Shown in pieces: positions 40,891 to 50,980 of a stretch of DNA of 64,000 nucleotides. The stretch spans positions 32,001 to 96,000 of the forward strand of contig JAITVV010000080.1 of assembly GCA_031285625.1 (NCBI GenBank), given 5' to 3'. The stretch is from Prevotella sp. GTDB lineage: Bacteria > Bacteroidota > Bacteroidia > Bacteroidales > Dysgonomonadaceae. The stretch's first letter is position 1, and every line of letters begins with the position of its first letter. The position numbers were made by a program, and so were the translations under genes. The notes below the pieces were generated by a model. The model made no database searches and was not told the DNA's origin. It worked only from the letters and a program-made list of their open reading frames with translations.

Positions 40891-40912
40891 GTTCTTTCTA
40901 TTGTATAGTATT

Positions 40913-41563
40913 TTATGGATTGATCAAGAACAATACTGCACGGTTCTTGTCATTCTCTAATTGGAATGGTTGTAACCCGTCTCCTTTCCAGTTAACGGAT
41001 ATCCTGCTTTTCGCAATTCCATATTTTGTTTCCAGTGCTTTAGCAACCTCATTAGAACGTTGCTGTGACAGTTTCAGATTGATAGCAGCAGTACCTGTTT
41101 TCTTGTCTGCATATCCTGTAACAACTACAGTTGATCCCGGATTTTCGTTTAGGTAATTAACAGCCAATTCGATCTTGGACCATTCTGATGCATCGATAAC
41201 ATATTTGTTGATACGGAAGAATACAGGATCTGGCAAGAAGAATGGGTCACGTTTTACCGGAGCAATCACTGGATCTGGATTCTTGATTGTATTAGGTGTA
41301 TGCGAAATTGGAGGTGTGTCTTTTACTGGTCCGCATAATACAGGAATATTATCAGGGCATCCAAAATATTTTTTTCTTTTTGTTGCAGGGTTTGACAAAA
41401 CTATCGTCTTTCCAGGAGTGTCACTTCTTAAAATAGTAATGCGATCATCACTAATTAATTGTACAGTCGTAGAGTCTTTTGCAGTTGAAGTGATAATTTG
41501 CGCTTTCACAGGAAATACAAATAATCCCAGAAGCAGAAGTGAAAATAAAAATCTTATGTTCAT
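40913..41563 (-). CDS. OmpA-family peptidoglycan-binding protein (no beta-barrel)
   Basis: Signal peptide, Pro-rich linker, GYADKKTG...NLKLSQQRS...NRAV OmpA_C motifs. Confidence 0.88.
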   Translation of the reverse strand: MNIRFLFSLLLLGLFVFPVKAQIITSTAKDSTTVQLISDDRITILRSDTPGKTIVLSNPATKRKKYFGCPDNIPVLCGPVKDTPPISHTPNTIKNPDPVIAPVKRDPFFLPDPVFFRINKYVIDASEWSKIELAVNYLNENPGSTVVVTGYADKKTGTAAINLKLSQQRSNEVAKALETKYGIAKSRISVNWKGDGLQPFQLENDKNRAVLFLINP

Positions 41564-41784
41564 AACAATATTCTTGGTGTTAAGGTAAATACCTATATAC
41601 TCATATTAAAGTACAAATTTAATACATTTCTTATATTATTATCTATTTTTTTAGGAAAAGATTTGCAGAAACTGAAAAATAGCAAAGAATATCCCTGTAT
41701 TTTATTCGATTTACAAATTGTTGTGGCTTTTTATCTTTTATAAGTAAACTGTTTTAACTTTGAAACTCGAATTTAAAATATAGA

Positions 41785-43236
41785 ATGAAAAGAACATTGA
41801 TTGAAATAAAAAATGCTGTTCCCCGGCTTGATAATTTTAGGTTTTGCAAACCTATCGACTGGTCGGTAAAAGAGGGAGAGCATTGGGCCATTGTAGGATC
41901 GAACGGAGGAGGTAAAACGCTTCTTACTGATATCTTATTAGGAAAGTTTGCATTAAAAAGTGGAGAGGTTATTTGCAAAGGTAGTAAAGGTGAAGTTTTG
42001 CCTGTTTCATCTGTGGTGAAGAGTGTTGCTTTCCGTGATATATATGGTATTATAGATACACAAAACAGTTATTATCAACAAAGATGGAATAAGGGAGATG
42101 AACAGGATGTGCCTTTAGTTAAAGAACTTGTCTTGAATGCCGATCCTCAGTGGTTAAACACGTTGATTGAATGGTTTGGTATAGAGGAACTGATGAACAA
42201 AGAGGTGAATATGCTGTCGAGTGGGGAGTTGCGCAAATTTTTGATTGTACGCTCACTATTAACCAAACCTCGTATTCTGATACTTGATAATCCTTTTATC
42301 GGGTTAGATGCTGCCTCACGCACTGTATTGAATGAACTGTTGGTGCGTCTTTCCGAGCTGGATAACCTGCAAATTGTTTTGGTGCTATCCAATCCATCCG
42401 ATATTCCCGAAATGGTCACAGATGTTTTGTCAGTTAAGGATAAGACTATATGTTCGTCTTTATCCCGTCAGGATTTCATAAATGATAAACTGCTGGTTGA
42501 GGAATTATTTCCAAACGTTGAAGTTGGAAAATTAGACTCATTAAAGAATAGTGAAAAGAATGATTTTACTTTCGAAAATGCTGCCGTTTTAAAAAATATC
42601 CATATAAAATATGGTGCACGCACAATACTGAAAGGTCTGGACTGGACAGTAAAGAATGGCGATAAGTGGGCATTGTTGGGGGTAAACGGATCCGGGAAGT
42701 CTACACTATTGAGCCTTATTTGTGGAGATAATCCTCAAGCTTATGCTAATGACATAACTCTTTTTGACCGTAAGCGGGGTACAGGAGAGAGTATCTGGGA
42801 TATAAAAAAGCGTATTGGGTATATTTCGCCGGAGATGCACTTGTATTATTTGAAAAACGTGAAGTGCCTTGATGTTGTCGGTTCAGGTTTTTTTGATACA
42901 ATTGGTCTGTATCGGAAATGTAATAGCGAGCAGGAAGAAATTGCACTGCAGTGGATGGAGTTATTCCGGATAGAGCACCTGAAGGATACATCTTTCTTAA
43001 ATATATCATCGGGAGAACAACGCCTGGTACTTTTGGCGCGGGTTTTTGTGAAAAATCCGGATTTATTGATTCTTGATGAACCTCTGCATGGGCTTGATAT
43101 TATTAATAAAAAAAGAGTGAAAGAAATAATCGAAAAGTTCTGTGGAAAAGATAAATCTCTGATATATGTTACGCATTATGAAAATGAGATACCCGATATC
43201 GTTGATAAACGGATGATTTTAGTAAAAAATGAGTAG
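41785..43236 (+). CDS. Double-domain ABC ATPase (ModF-like)
   Basis: GSNGGGKT / LSSGE / LILDNP and GVNGSGKS / ISSGE / LILDEP; PQAYAN and GTGESIWDIKKRIG are ModF-typical. Confidence 0.85.
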   Translation: MKRTLIEIKNAVPRLDNFRFCKPIDWSVKEGEHWAIVGSNGGGKTLLTDILLGKFALKSGEVICKGSKGEVLPVSSVVKSVAFRDIYGIIDTQNSYYQQRWNKGDEQDVPLVKELVLNADPQWLNTLIEWFGIEELMNKEVNMLSSGELRKFLIVRSLLTKPRILILDNPFIGLDAASRTVLNELLVRLSELDNLQIVLVLSNPSDIPEMVTDVLSVKDKTICSSLSRQDFINDKLLVEELFPNVEVGKLDSLKNSEKNDFTFENAAVLKNIHIKYGARTILKGLDWTVKNGDKWALLGVNGSGKSTLLSLICGDNPQAYANDITLFDRKRGTGESIWDIKKRIGYISPEMHLYYLKNVKCLDVVGSGFFDTIGLYRKCNSEQEEIALQWMELFRIEHLKDTSFLNISSGEQRLVLLARVFVKNPDLLILDEPLHGLDIINKKRVKEIIEKFCGKDKSLIYVTHYENEIPDIVDKRMILVKNE

Positions 43237-43384
43237 GCTTTAAACATAAAAGAAGATTTGTTGTTTTAAGAAATAATTGCATGATCAGTATAAAAAGGGG
43301 TAGTTTATATATCCCTTTTATGTTTTTATATGTAGATAATGAAAAAATTATTATTTTTGAATTAGAAATAAAAATAACAATTAA

Positions 43385-43936
43385 ATGGTATTTCGTTTTT
43401 TACTTTTATCAGACGAAGTTGAAGACTTCAAACGTGAGATTCAAATTAGTGCAGATGCTACATTTTTTGATCTGCATAAAGCTATCATAAAGTCAGTAGG
43501 CTATAAGGATGGAGAAATGACTTCGTTTTTCCTGTGCAGCGATGATTGGGAAAAAGAGCAGGAAATTACTCTTGTAGAAATGGACACAAGTTCGGATGAG
43601 GATTCATATACTATGGATGCTACAGTCTTGAATGATTTTCTTGAGGATGAAAGACAAAAGCTAATGTATGTATTCGACTATCTAACCGAGCGTGCATTTT
43701 TTATGGAGCTGCGCGAAATCATTACAGGTACGAATCTACCGGAAGCTGTTTGTACAAAATCTATAGGCGATGCACCGGCCCAGTTTGTCGATTTCGACAC
43801 CGTTTCGGCAACGACTACTTCTCTGGATACCGGAGAAAGTTTTTATGGAGATGAAAGCTATGATATGAATGAACTCGATGCTGAAGGATTTGACGGATTA
43901 GATGACGTTCAGTTACCAAGCGACGAAGAGTATTGA
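43385..43936 (+). CDS. pRiA4b ORF-3-like hypothetical protein
   Basis: TFFDLH, SFF..DD.WE, YVFDY, acidic tail; usual neighbour of miaA in Bacteroidales (recalled). Confidence 0.75.
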   Translation: MVFRFLLLSDEVEDFKREIQISADATFFDLHKAIIKSVGYKDGEMTSFFLCSDDWEKEQEITLVEMDTSSDEDSYTMDATVLNDFLEDERQKLMYVFDYLTERAFFMELREIITGTNLPEAVCTKSIGDAPAQFVDFDTVSATTTSLDTGESFYGDESYDMNELDAEGFDGLDDVQLPSDEEY

Positions 43937-44844
43937 TGAAACGCCTGATAGTACTGCTTGGACCTACAGGTGTAGGAAAAACAGCACTTAGTCTTAACCT
44001 GGCTGAACATTATCACTCTACGATAATCTCGGCTGATTCACGACAATTTTATAAAGGACTTGAAATTGGTACTGCTGCACCTACAGCAGATCAGTTGTTG
44101 CGCGTACCCCATTATCTGGTGGGTATGCTCGATATAAATGATTATTATAGCGCGAGCGAATTTGAGCGTGATGCCCTGAATATAATAGACGATCTGCATA
44201 AAAAACATGATGTTGTAATTGCTTCCGGTGGTTCTATGATGTATATCGATGCCTTGTGCAATGGTATAGATGATGTGCCTACCATCGATGAAAATCTGAG
44301 GAAGGAACTGTTTCAACTATATGAGCAGGAAGGACTAGAGCCTATACGTGCACAGCTAAAAGTACTTGATCCTGTATTTTATGATGAAGTCGATCTTAAG
44401 AATCATAAACGTGTAATCCATGCGCTCGAAGTTTGCCTGATGACAGGGAAGCCGTATTCTTCTTTCAGGACAAAAACGAAGAAAGAGCGTCCTTTCCAGA
44501 TTATTAAAGTAGGGTTGATGCGTGATAGGGAAGAGCTATATGACCGTATTAATAAGCGCACCGATGAAATGATGGATTTGGGATTTCTGAAAGAGGCTGA
44601 GAAGTTTTATCCGCAACGACACCTGAACTCTCTGAATACTGTAGGATATAAAGAACTATTTAAGTATCTGGATGGTGAGTGGACATTAGACTTTGCAATA
44701 GAGAAGATCAAACAGAGCACGCGTATCTATTCCCGTAAGCAAATGACATGGTTTAAGCGGGATAAAGAGATTTATTGGATAAACTTATCGGAAGTTAGCG
44801 AGTCCGAAGCGTTAAAAAAAATAATATCTATTAGTGGTTGTTAA
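43936..44844 (+). CDS. miaA: tRNA dimethylallyltransferase
   Basis: [36 protein letters not shown]. Confidence 0.96.
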   Translation: MKRLIVLLGPTGVGKTALSLNLAEHYHSTIISADSRQFYKGLEIGTAAPTADQLLRVPHYLVGMLDINDYYSASEFERDALNIIDDLHKKHDVVIASGGSMMYIDALCNGIDDVPTIDENLRKELFQLYEQEGLEPIRAQLKVLDPVFYDEVDLKNHKRVIHALEVCLMTGKPYSSFRTKTKKERPFQIIKVGLMRDREELYDRINKRTDEMMDLGFLKEAEKFYPQRHLNSLNTVGYKELFKYLDGEWTLDFAIEKIKQSTRIYSRKQMTWFKRDKEIYWINLSEVSESEALKKIISISGC

Positions 44845-44914
44845 CAAAACTAACCGTTTAGTTGTTTAAAAAGAACATATTCCATATTTTTAGCAAAATT
44901 TTAAAATTTATTAT

Positions 44915-45412
44915 ATGAAAACAAAGCTATACAAGTATTTAATAATCTCTTTGGTTACTGTATTTGGAATCACTGGTTTTACTAGTTGTGGGGATGATAT
45001 TACAGAACAGTATTATGTTGGTTCAGAGGTAATAACAAGGGATATTCAAATAAAAAAGAGCGAATGGGGTTGGAATAGTGTTTATAACCGTTATGAATGT
45101 ACTATAGGAATACCTGAAATAGATGAAAGGTTGTATGAGTATGGTACAATAGCTGGAACTATATTTGTAACAGAAGAAACAGAAAAAGGAGAAACATATG
45201 AAGTTCAAAAAAATCTACCTTTTGTACAAGCGTATAAAAACTTAACTACTCCATATACTGAATATATAGGTTTTGATATATTTTATGGAAATGGAACTAA
45301 TCCGTCTGTAACTTTTTATATACAAACATCAGATGGTTTGTCGACAACTCCTTTTATCCCAGATGTATATTATTTTAAGTTAGCTTTAATATGGGATAGT
45401 GAGACAGCTTAA
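44915..45412 (+). CDS. Lipoprotein of unknown function
   Basis: Lipobox FTSC followed by GDD. Confidence 0.8.
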   Translation: MKTKLYKYLIISLVTVFGITGFTSCGDDITEQYYVGSEVITRDIQIKKSEWGWNSVYNRYECTIGIPEIDERLYEYGTIAGTIFVTEETEKGETYEVQKNLPFVQAYKNLTTPYTEYIGFDIFYGNGTNPSVTFYIQTSDGLSTTPFIPDVYYFKLALIWDSETA

Positions 45413-45435
45413 TTAAATAAAAAATATCATAAATG

Positions 45436-45468
45436 AAAAACAGACATCGTTCGATGTCTGTTTTTTTT
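45436..45468 (+). terminator. Intrinsic terminator
   Basis: aaaaacagacatcg-tt-cgatgtctgtttttttt. Confidence 0.8.
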
Positions 45469-45481
45469 ATACCTTTAATTT

Positions 45482-46687
45482 ATGAAACGCGGACATGCCG
45501 ATTTACCCCTTCATTATGGAACAGTACCACCTTGGTTAGCTCAGCGGATGAGCTTACTGGGCGGAGCTATTGTAGAAGCTATTGTAATGGAATATGGGCG
45601 GCCTGCCCTTTTACAGCGGCTTAGCGATCCCTTTTGGTTTCAGTCTTTGGGTTGCGTGCTTGGTATGGACTGGCATTCGTCCGGTATTACCACATCGGTA
45701 ATGAATGCGCTTAAGAAAGCTGTAAATAAACGGTCGGCCGAACTGGGTGTATACATCTGTGGCGGCCGTGGAAAATCGTCACGGCAAACACCTGCCGAAT
45801 TGCTCGAAATTGCAAATAAAACAGGGCTGAACGGAGAAGAACTTGTCCGCAACAGTAAGCTGTCGGCAAAGGTAGATAATACGGCCATTCAGGACGGGTT
45901 TCAGCTCTATCTGCACTCTTTTGTACTTACTATAGACGGCGAGTGGGCTGTAATTCAGCAGGGTATGAATGGTAACAACCGCATGGCAAGGCGTTATCAC
46001 TGGCTTTCGTCCTCTATCCGCTCTTTTATGGAAGAACCGCACACATCTGTTTGTGGAAAGAATCAGGGATTGATACTTAACCTGACAGATAAACTTGCTT
46101 CACCGACCAAAGATGGTATAATAGAACTAACCAAAGAACTACCCGATAAACTGATGAATGAGGTTTCTATTATTTTACCAAACCATCATGATGTAAGAGC
46201 AGAAGATGTAAACCTCAAACGATTGGGAGCCGCTCTCATACTGGCTCACGAAACAGACATAACGGATATGGAATCCTTGCTTTTGCTGGAGGGGGTAGGG
46301 CCTCGTACCGTACAATCCCTTACGTTGGTGAGTGAAGTAATACATGGTACACCTTCGCGCTTTTCCGATCCGGCACGTTTCTCATTTGCGCATGGTGGTA
46401 AGGATGGGCATCCTTTTCCGGTGCCTACACGTGTGTATGATGAAACGATAGAAATTTTTGATAAGGCTATTCATCAGGCCAAACTAGGCGACAAGGATAA
46501 ATCGGATGCCTTGAAGAACCTGTCTAAAATATCGCAGGAGATGGAGAAAGACTATACTCCAAACGATTATTTCGATGATCTGGTACAGCATGAACGTGAT
46601 ACGTCGTACAAGTATGGAGGCAAAACCGTATTTGGTGATGCTAAAAAGCCCAAAGATAAAGGTACTCAGTTGAGCCTTTGGGATTAA
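45482..46687 (+). CDS. DUF763 family protein
   Basis: ADLPLH.G.VPPWL, DPFWFQSLG...DWHSSG.TT, KVD....QDG, VIQQGM, ARRYHW, FAHGGKDG.PFPV. Confidence 0.9.
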   Translation: MKRGHADLPLHYGTVPPWLAQRMSLLGGAIVEAIVMEYGRPALLQRLSDPFWFQSLGCVLGMDWHSSGITTSVMNALKKAVNKRSAELGVYICGGRGKSSRQTPAELLEIANKTGLNGEELVRNSKLSAKVDNTAIQDGFQLYLHSFVLTIDGEWAVIQQGMNGNNRMARRYHWLSSSIRSFMEEPHTSVCGKNQGLILNLTDKLASPTKDGIIELTKELPDKLMNEVSIILPNHHDVRAEDVNLKRLGAALILAHETDITDMESLLLLEGVGPRTVQSLTLVSEVIHGTPSRFSDPARFSFAHGGKDGHPFPVPTRVYDETIEIFDKAIHQAKLGDKDKSDALKNLSKISQEMEKDYTPNDYFDDLVQHERDTSYKYGGKTVFGDAKKPKDKGTQLSLWD

Positions 46688-46721
46688 AGCTACATCTATA
46701 AATTATCTAAAAGATTATCTA

Positions 46722-46863
46722 ATTATAAGGTCTTTGGCATAATCAGTAATAGAAATAAAAGTTACAATTAAAAGTCTGTCAAAAGGTGTTACTTTTGTCA
46801 CCTTTTTGCTTTAGTGATTTGTATATCATGTGTTTAATAAAAATGAGAATTTGTCACTTTTTT
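46722..46863 (+). repeat. Dispersed GT(T/C)AC element, copy B
   Basis: Imperfect direct repeat of 47045-47185, sharing gtgttacttttgtYacctttttg and tttgtatatcatgtgtttaat. Confidence 0.85.
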
Positions 46864-46894
46864 GCTTTATGATTTTTTTATATGATCAGCCTCC

Positions 46895-47009
46895 TTGTCA
46901 TTGGCTCCGCTTCGCTCTGCCGAACGTTGTTTCTGAGTGTAATGAAGAATCTCTTAGCTTCTTTCCTTGATAAATGGGTCGGGATGTTTCACTTCGTTCA
47001 ACATGACAA
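46895..47009. repeat. REP-like palindromic element
   Basis: Ends ttgtcat / atgacaa are inverted; the inside has ttctgagtgtaatgaagaatct and gatgtttcacttcgttcaacatgac, resembling the widespread gtcattctgagcgaagcgaagaatct-type extragenic repeats. Confidence 0.7.
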
Positions 47010-47044
47010 ATGAAACAAATAAAAATTGCCTGGATGATCATCTG

Positions 47045-47203
47045 ATTATACACTTCTTTAGCATATTTCGGAGAAGAATAAAGTAACAATAAAAACTATG
47101 TTTGAAAGTGTTACTTTTGTTACCTTTTTGTTGTACTATTTTGTATATCATGTGTTTAATGAAGATGGGAATTTGTTACTTTTTCAAAATCTGTCACTTT
47201 TTT
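47045..47203 (+). repeat. Dispersed GT(T/C)AC element, copy C
   Basis: aataaagtaacaa...gaaagtgttacttttgttacctttttg...tttgtatatcatgtgtttaat...gaatttgttactttttc...tgtcactttt. Confidence 0.85.
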
Positions 47204-47320
47204 CATATATACATGTATAATCGGACGGAAATTCATCCTAAAGAGGCAATTTATAAGGCATTTAACCGTTATTTAAATAAATTGTACTTACTTTGCACTC
47301 CATTATCACTATCATTGTGA

Positions 47321-48259
47321 ATGAAGCTTAACTATATAATATTATTCGTTTTATTTCTTGTTCTCGAAACCACTAGTGTTTATGCACAATGGGATACACA
47401 GATCAGTCAATATTGGCGGATGAAGAATTTCTATAATCCTTCATTTATAGCAGGGGAGAATGTTATAGAGGCTTCTCTATTGCATCGTCGCCAATGGGTG
47501 GGGATCGATAATGCTCCTGTAACATCACTAGTTTCGCTTAACATGCCTCTGAAATTTCTTGGAAAAGAACATGGAGTGGGGGTTATGGTAGTAAATGATA
47601 AGCTTGGTCTGTTTTCTAATACATCGATGATGGGACAATATTCCTATAGATTTAAATTCAAGAAAAACAGATATTTGAGTATCGGATTACAAGCCGGATT
47701 GATAGATGTTGGTTTCGATGCTTCAGATATAGAAATACCGGACGACCAAAAGACAGGTATAGAACTGCCTCCGGCAATAGGAGATAAGAAACTGGATGTA
47801 GGCTTAGGTATTTCGTGGGTAACGCCAAAATATTATGTAGGAGTGTCCACAACCCATATTTTAGAACCAAAATTTGATATGGATGATGAACATTCTACCT
47901 CTATTGGGCGTATATATTATATGGTAGCAGGATACAATATTCAGATGAATAATCCGTTAATAGAATTGCAACCTTCTGCTCTCTTTAAATCTGATGCTGT
48001 AACCTATCAATTAGACGTAACGGCAAAAGTTGAATATAAAAAGATGTTCAATGGAGGAATATCTTGGAGAAAAGGAGACGGTTTTGTATTTTTGTTGGGC
48101 GTAAAAATAAAAAATATAGATGCGGGCTATTCATACGACCTTTCGACATCAGCGATATCGAAGGTTAGTAGTGGAAGCCATGAGTTGTTTATACGCTATT
48201 GTCTTCCTCTCGAAAAGAGAAAAGATAGGCATACCGGCAAGAGTATAAGAATACTTTAA
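47321..48259 (+). CDS. porP: Type IX secretion membrane protein PorP/SprF
   Basis: SQY....FYNPS..G, HRRQWVGI..AP.T, GYSYD, GSHELFIRY. Confidence 0.92.
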   Translation: MKLNYIILFVLFLVLETTSVYAQWDTQISQYWRMKNFYNPSFIAGENVIEASLLHRRQWVGIDNAPVTSLVSLNMPLKFLGKEHGVGVMVVNDKLGLFSNTSMMGQYSYRFKFKKNRYLSIGLQAGLIDVGFDASDIEIPDDQKTGIELPPAIGDKKLDVGLGISWVTPKYYVGVSTTHILEPKFDMDDEHSTSIGRIYYMVAGYNIQMNNPLIELQPSALFKSDAVTYQLDVTAKVEYKKMFNGGISWRKGDGFVFLLGVKIKNIDAGYSYDLSTSAISKVSSGSHELFIRYCLPLEKRKDRHTGKSIRIL

Positions 48260-48343
48260 GAGATTGATTATATACAAGTTTACAAACATACAAATAAAAT
48301 AAACTAAAGGCCGCTGGGATAGTTCAGGGCATTGAAAGTAAAT

Positions 48344-49765
48344 ATGAAACATTTGTTTTTTGCAATAATAGCTTCACTTGCATTGTTTACATCCTGCGGT
48401 AAATCTGTGGGATCAGGCATCGGAGGTGAGGTTACCGGCGAGAAAGGATCGTCGTGGGCAGAACCTTCACCCTATGGTATGGTATTGGTTTCGAGAGGTT
48501 CAATAGAAATGGGACCTGCCGAAAACGATTCTTTGTGGGATATCAAAGCTAATCCGAAAGGGGTATCTGTTGATAACTTCTGGATGGATGAAACTGAGGT
48601 TACCAATTCTAAGTATCGTCAGTTTGTTTATTGGGTTCGCGATTCTATTATCCGGGAACGGCTTGCCGATCCTGCTTTTGGCGGTGATGAAACATTCAAG
48701 ATCACAGAAGATAGATATGGAGATCCTGTAAAACCGTACCTGAACTGGAAGAAAGCTATTCCTAAAAGACCACTGGAAGAGGAAGAACTGGCTATAAACA
48801 GTGTTACGTTCCTGCATCCTATAACAGGTGTACGTGGTCTTGACCCTAGGCAAATGAACTTTAAATACGAATGGTTTGACTATACAGAAGCTGCAAAGCG
48901 TAGAAACAGGCTTATACCTCAGGAAAGAATCCTTAATACAGATATTACTGTGGATCCTAACCAGTCTGTTATGATATCGAAAGATACTGCCTACATTAAT
49001 GATGAAGGGCTTCCTGTAAACGAAACTATTGTGCGTCTGTTGAGTTCCCTGTTCGATTTTGTGCATACCAAGATTGTAAACATATATCCGGATACTACCG
49101 TTTGGGTAAATGACTTTAATAATGCATATAACGAACCTTATATGCGTATGTATTTTACACATACAGGCTATAATGACTATCCTGTTGTTGGGGTAACATG
49201 GGAGCAGGCAACAGCATTTTGTGAGTGGAGAACTGCTTTTTACAGGATGGGGCAACCTAGAAATGGACGTCCTATCGAGAATTTCCGCCTGCCTACAGAA
49301 GGTGAATGGGAGTTTGCAGCGCGTAATGGTAAAACAGAAAACAAATATCCGTGGGATAAAGAAGGAACAATGGATGAAAAGGCATGCTTTATGGCGAACT
49401 TTAAACCGGGAGAAGGTAACTATACGAAAGATGGTAACCTGATTCCTGCACGTGTTGCCTCTTATGTTCCAAACCGCTTTGGAGTCTACGATCTTGCCGG
49501 TAACGTATCGGAATGGACATCTACAGCTTACACCGAATCAGGAACTGCGCAAATGAATGATATGAATCCTCAATATAAATATGATGCTGCTAAAGAAGAC
49601 CCCTATTCTATAAAGAAGAAGGTTGTAAAAGGTGGTTCATGGAAAGATATAGGTCGTAATATCAGAGGAGATATGAGAGAGGGTGAATTCCAAAATCAGC
49701 CCCGCTCATACATCGGGTTCAGATGTGTGAGAACTCAGATCGGTTTTGCAAAATCTAAGAAGTGA
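48344..49765 (+). CDS. porK: Type IX secretion lipoprotein PorK/GldK (FGE-sulfatase fold)
   Basis: Lipobox FTSC; PYGMVLV, MDETEVTN..YRQFV.WVRDSI, YPVVGVTW.QA, RLPTEGEWE, ANFKP, AGNVSEW, GGSWKD, YIGFRCV. Confidence 0.93.
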   Translation: MKHLFFAIIASLALFTSCGKSVGSGIGGEVTGEKGSSWAEPSPYGMVLVSRGSIEMGPAENDSLWDIKANPKGVSVDNFWMDETEVTNSKYRQFVYWVRDSIIRERLADPAFGGDETFKITEDRYGDPVKPYLNWKKAIPKRPLEEEELAINSVTFLHPITGVRGLDPRQMNFKYEWFDYTEAAKRRNRLIPQERILNTDITVDPNQSVMISKDTAYINDEGLPVNETIVRLLSSLFDFVHTKIVNIYPDTTVWVNDFNNAYNEPYMRMYFTHTGYNDYPVVGVTWEQATAFCEWRTAFYRMGQPRNGRPIENFRLPTEGEWEFAARNGKTENKYPWDKEGTMDEKACFMANFKPGEGNYTKDGNLIPARVASYVPNRFGVYDLAGNVSEWTSTAYTESGTAQMNDMNPQYKYDAAKEDPYSIKKKVVKGGSWKDIGRNIRGDMREGEFQNQPRSYIGFRCVRTQIGFAKSKK

Positions 49766-49773
49766 TTGAAAAG

Positions 49774-50811
49774 ATGAAAAAAATATATCAAATAGCAGCC
49801 TTATTAATTTGCTCTCTGTGTTTTGCATCTTTGGCATATGCACAGGATCAACCGGAGTCTCTCCGCGACAGGCTGGCTAAGAAACAACAGCAACAACAAG
49901 GTACTGCGCAAGATAATGGTCCTAAGGTACCTCAATTATCTGTCCGTGCCGAAATGATGAATGATACACAAACTCAGGATTTGTCGAATGCAACATGGAT
50001 ACGCGAAGTATACCGTTTTCTTGACCTTACAAAGGGAAAGAATGCAGCTTTATTTTATCCGGTTCAACCCGTTGGAAATCAGATGAATTTCTATACAATG
50101 ATTTTTAAGCTGATGGGTGATGGAAATTTGGTTGCCTATGATTGGAATAATGGAAAGGATCTATTTGTAGATAAGCTCCGGGTTAATTTTGGAGATGTTC
50201 TGGAAAGGCTGGAGATACCATATCAAAAAAATGGAAATGCCTATTCTTATGATGAATTTAGTATTCCTAGCAATGAGGCATTGGGCTATTACATCAAAGA
50301 GGCATGGTATTTCGATCAGTCGAACTCTGTACTGGGTGTAAAAACAGTGGCTATTTGTCCTGTCTTGTTTCGTCAGGAATATGTTGATGGAATCGACTTG
50401 GGTACAGATCAGGGATTGCGTGAGCCTCAGTTCTGGATTCCTTACGAGAATATTCGTCCGTATGCTGCCCGTATGCCCATTATGGCTTCTGATAAGAATA
50501 ATGTGATGAATAAGACTATCGATGACTATTTCCGTATGCGATTGTATGAAGGAGAAATATACATGACTACAAATATGGAAAATAAGGTCTTGAGTCAGAA
50601 ATATACAACACCAGAAGCTTTAAAAGAAGCTCAGGAAAAGATTGAAGGTGAATTAAAGGAGTTTGATAAGGAATTATGGGTGTTGAATGATTCAATCAAT
50701 AATTTACCTGTAAATAATAAGTCGAAGAATACTAAGACAAAGGCGCCTAAAATGAGTAAGCCTAAAAATTCATCATCTGGTGCTACATATTCGGCCAGAG
50801 ACAGGAGGTAG
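49774..50811 (+). CDS. porN: Type IX secretion ring protein PorN/GldN
   Basis: Signal peptide; W.REVYR.LDL....NA.LFYP, YYIKE.WYFD, AICPVL, FW.PY, IE.ELKEFDKELW. Confidence 0.9.
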   Translation: MKKIYQIAALLICSLCFASLAYAQDQPESLRDRLAKKQQQQQGTAQDNGPKVPQLSVRAEMMNDTQTQDLSNATWIREVYRFLDLTKGKNAALFYPVQPVGNQMNFYTMIFKLMGDGNLVAYDWNNGKDLFVDKLRVNFGDVLERLEIPYQKNGNAYSYDEFSIPSNEALGYYIKEAWYFDQSNSVLGVKTVAICPVLFRQEYVDGIDLGTDQGLREPQFWIPYENIRPYAARMPIMASDKNNVMNKTIDDYFRMRLYEGEIYMTTNMENKVLSQKYTTPEALKEAQEKIEGELKEFDKELWVLNDSINNLPVNNKSKNTKTKAPKMSKPKNSSSGATYSARDRR

Positions 50812-50838
50812 ACTTCATAAATCGATATAGTGAATGGG

Positions 50839-50865
50839 AAGAGTAGCATTTTGCTACTCTTTTTT
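50839..50865 (+). terminator. Terminator of porPKN
   Basis: aagagtagca-ttt-tgctactctt-tttt. Confidence 0.8.
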
Positions 50866-50980
50866 CATTAATTGATATACGTATATTACATTATTATATA
50901 ATATTTATTCTGTATATGTTATATTGATACAATCAATTCTGATTTAGTGTTAATATGTTTTGTTTTTTGTCTTTTATCTC

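Noticed and set aside
43385-43936. pRiA4b ORF-3 / IS1096-passenger-like gene as a sign of a mobile element
   Set aside because: It overlaps miaA in a housekeeping context, with no transposase or terminal repeats.
46898-47089. 63-aa ORF containing CHVERSETS and RDSSLHSE
   Set aside because: It is the translation of the REP-like palindrome, a typical shadow ORF, not a credible gene.
46722-47203. Possible CRISPR array or IS ends
   Set aside because: Only two long degenerate repeats, no regular repeat-spacer period, and no cas or transposase gene nearby.
47102-47320. 72-aa ORF in frame before porP (and the 121-aa ORF at 55544-55909)
   Set aside because: Both run through the GT(T/C)AC repeat copies; the KVTKVT/LLLLPF-type peptides come from the repeat and the composition is not protein-like.
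48500-49255. 251-aa antisense ORF inside porK, and similar antisense ORFs in sdhA, the MBOAT gene and lutB
   Set aside because: They lie wholly opposite well-supported genes and show no motifs; they are codon-bias shadows.
48344-49765. Formylglycine-generating enzyme call for the FGE-fold protein
   Set aside because: The lipobox, GldK-specific insert (WVRDSI) and position between porP and porN identify it as PorK.
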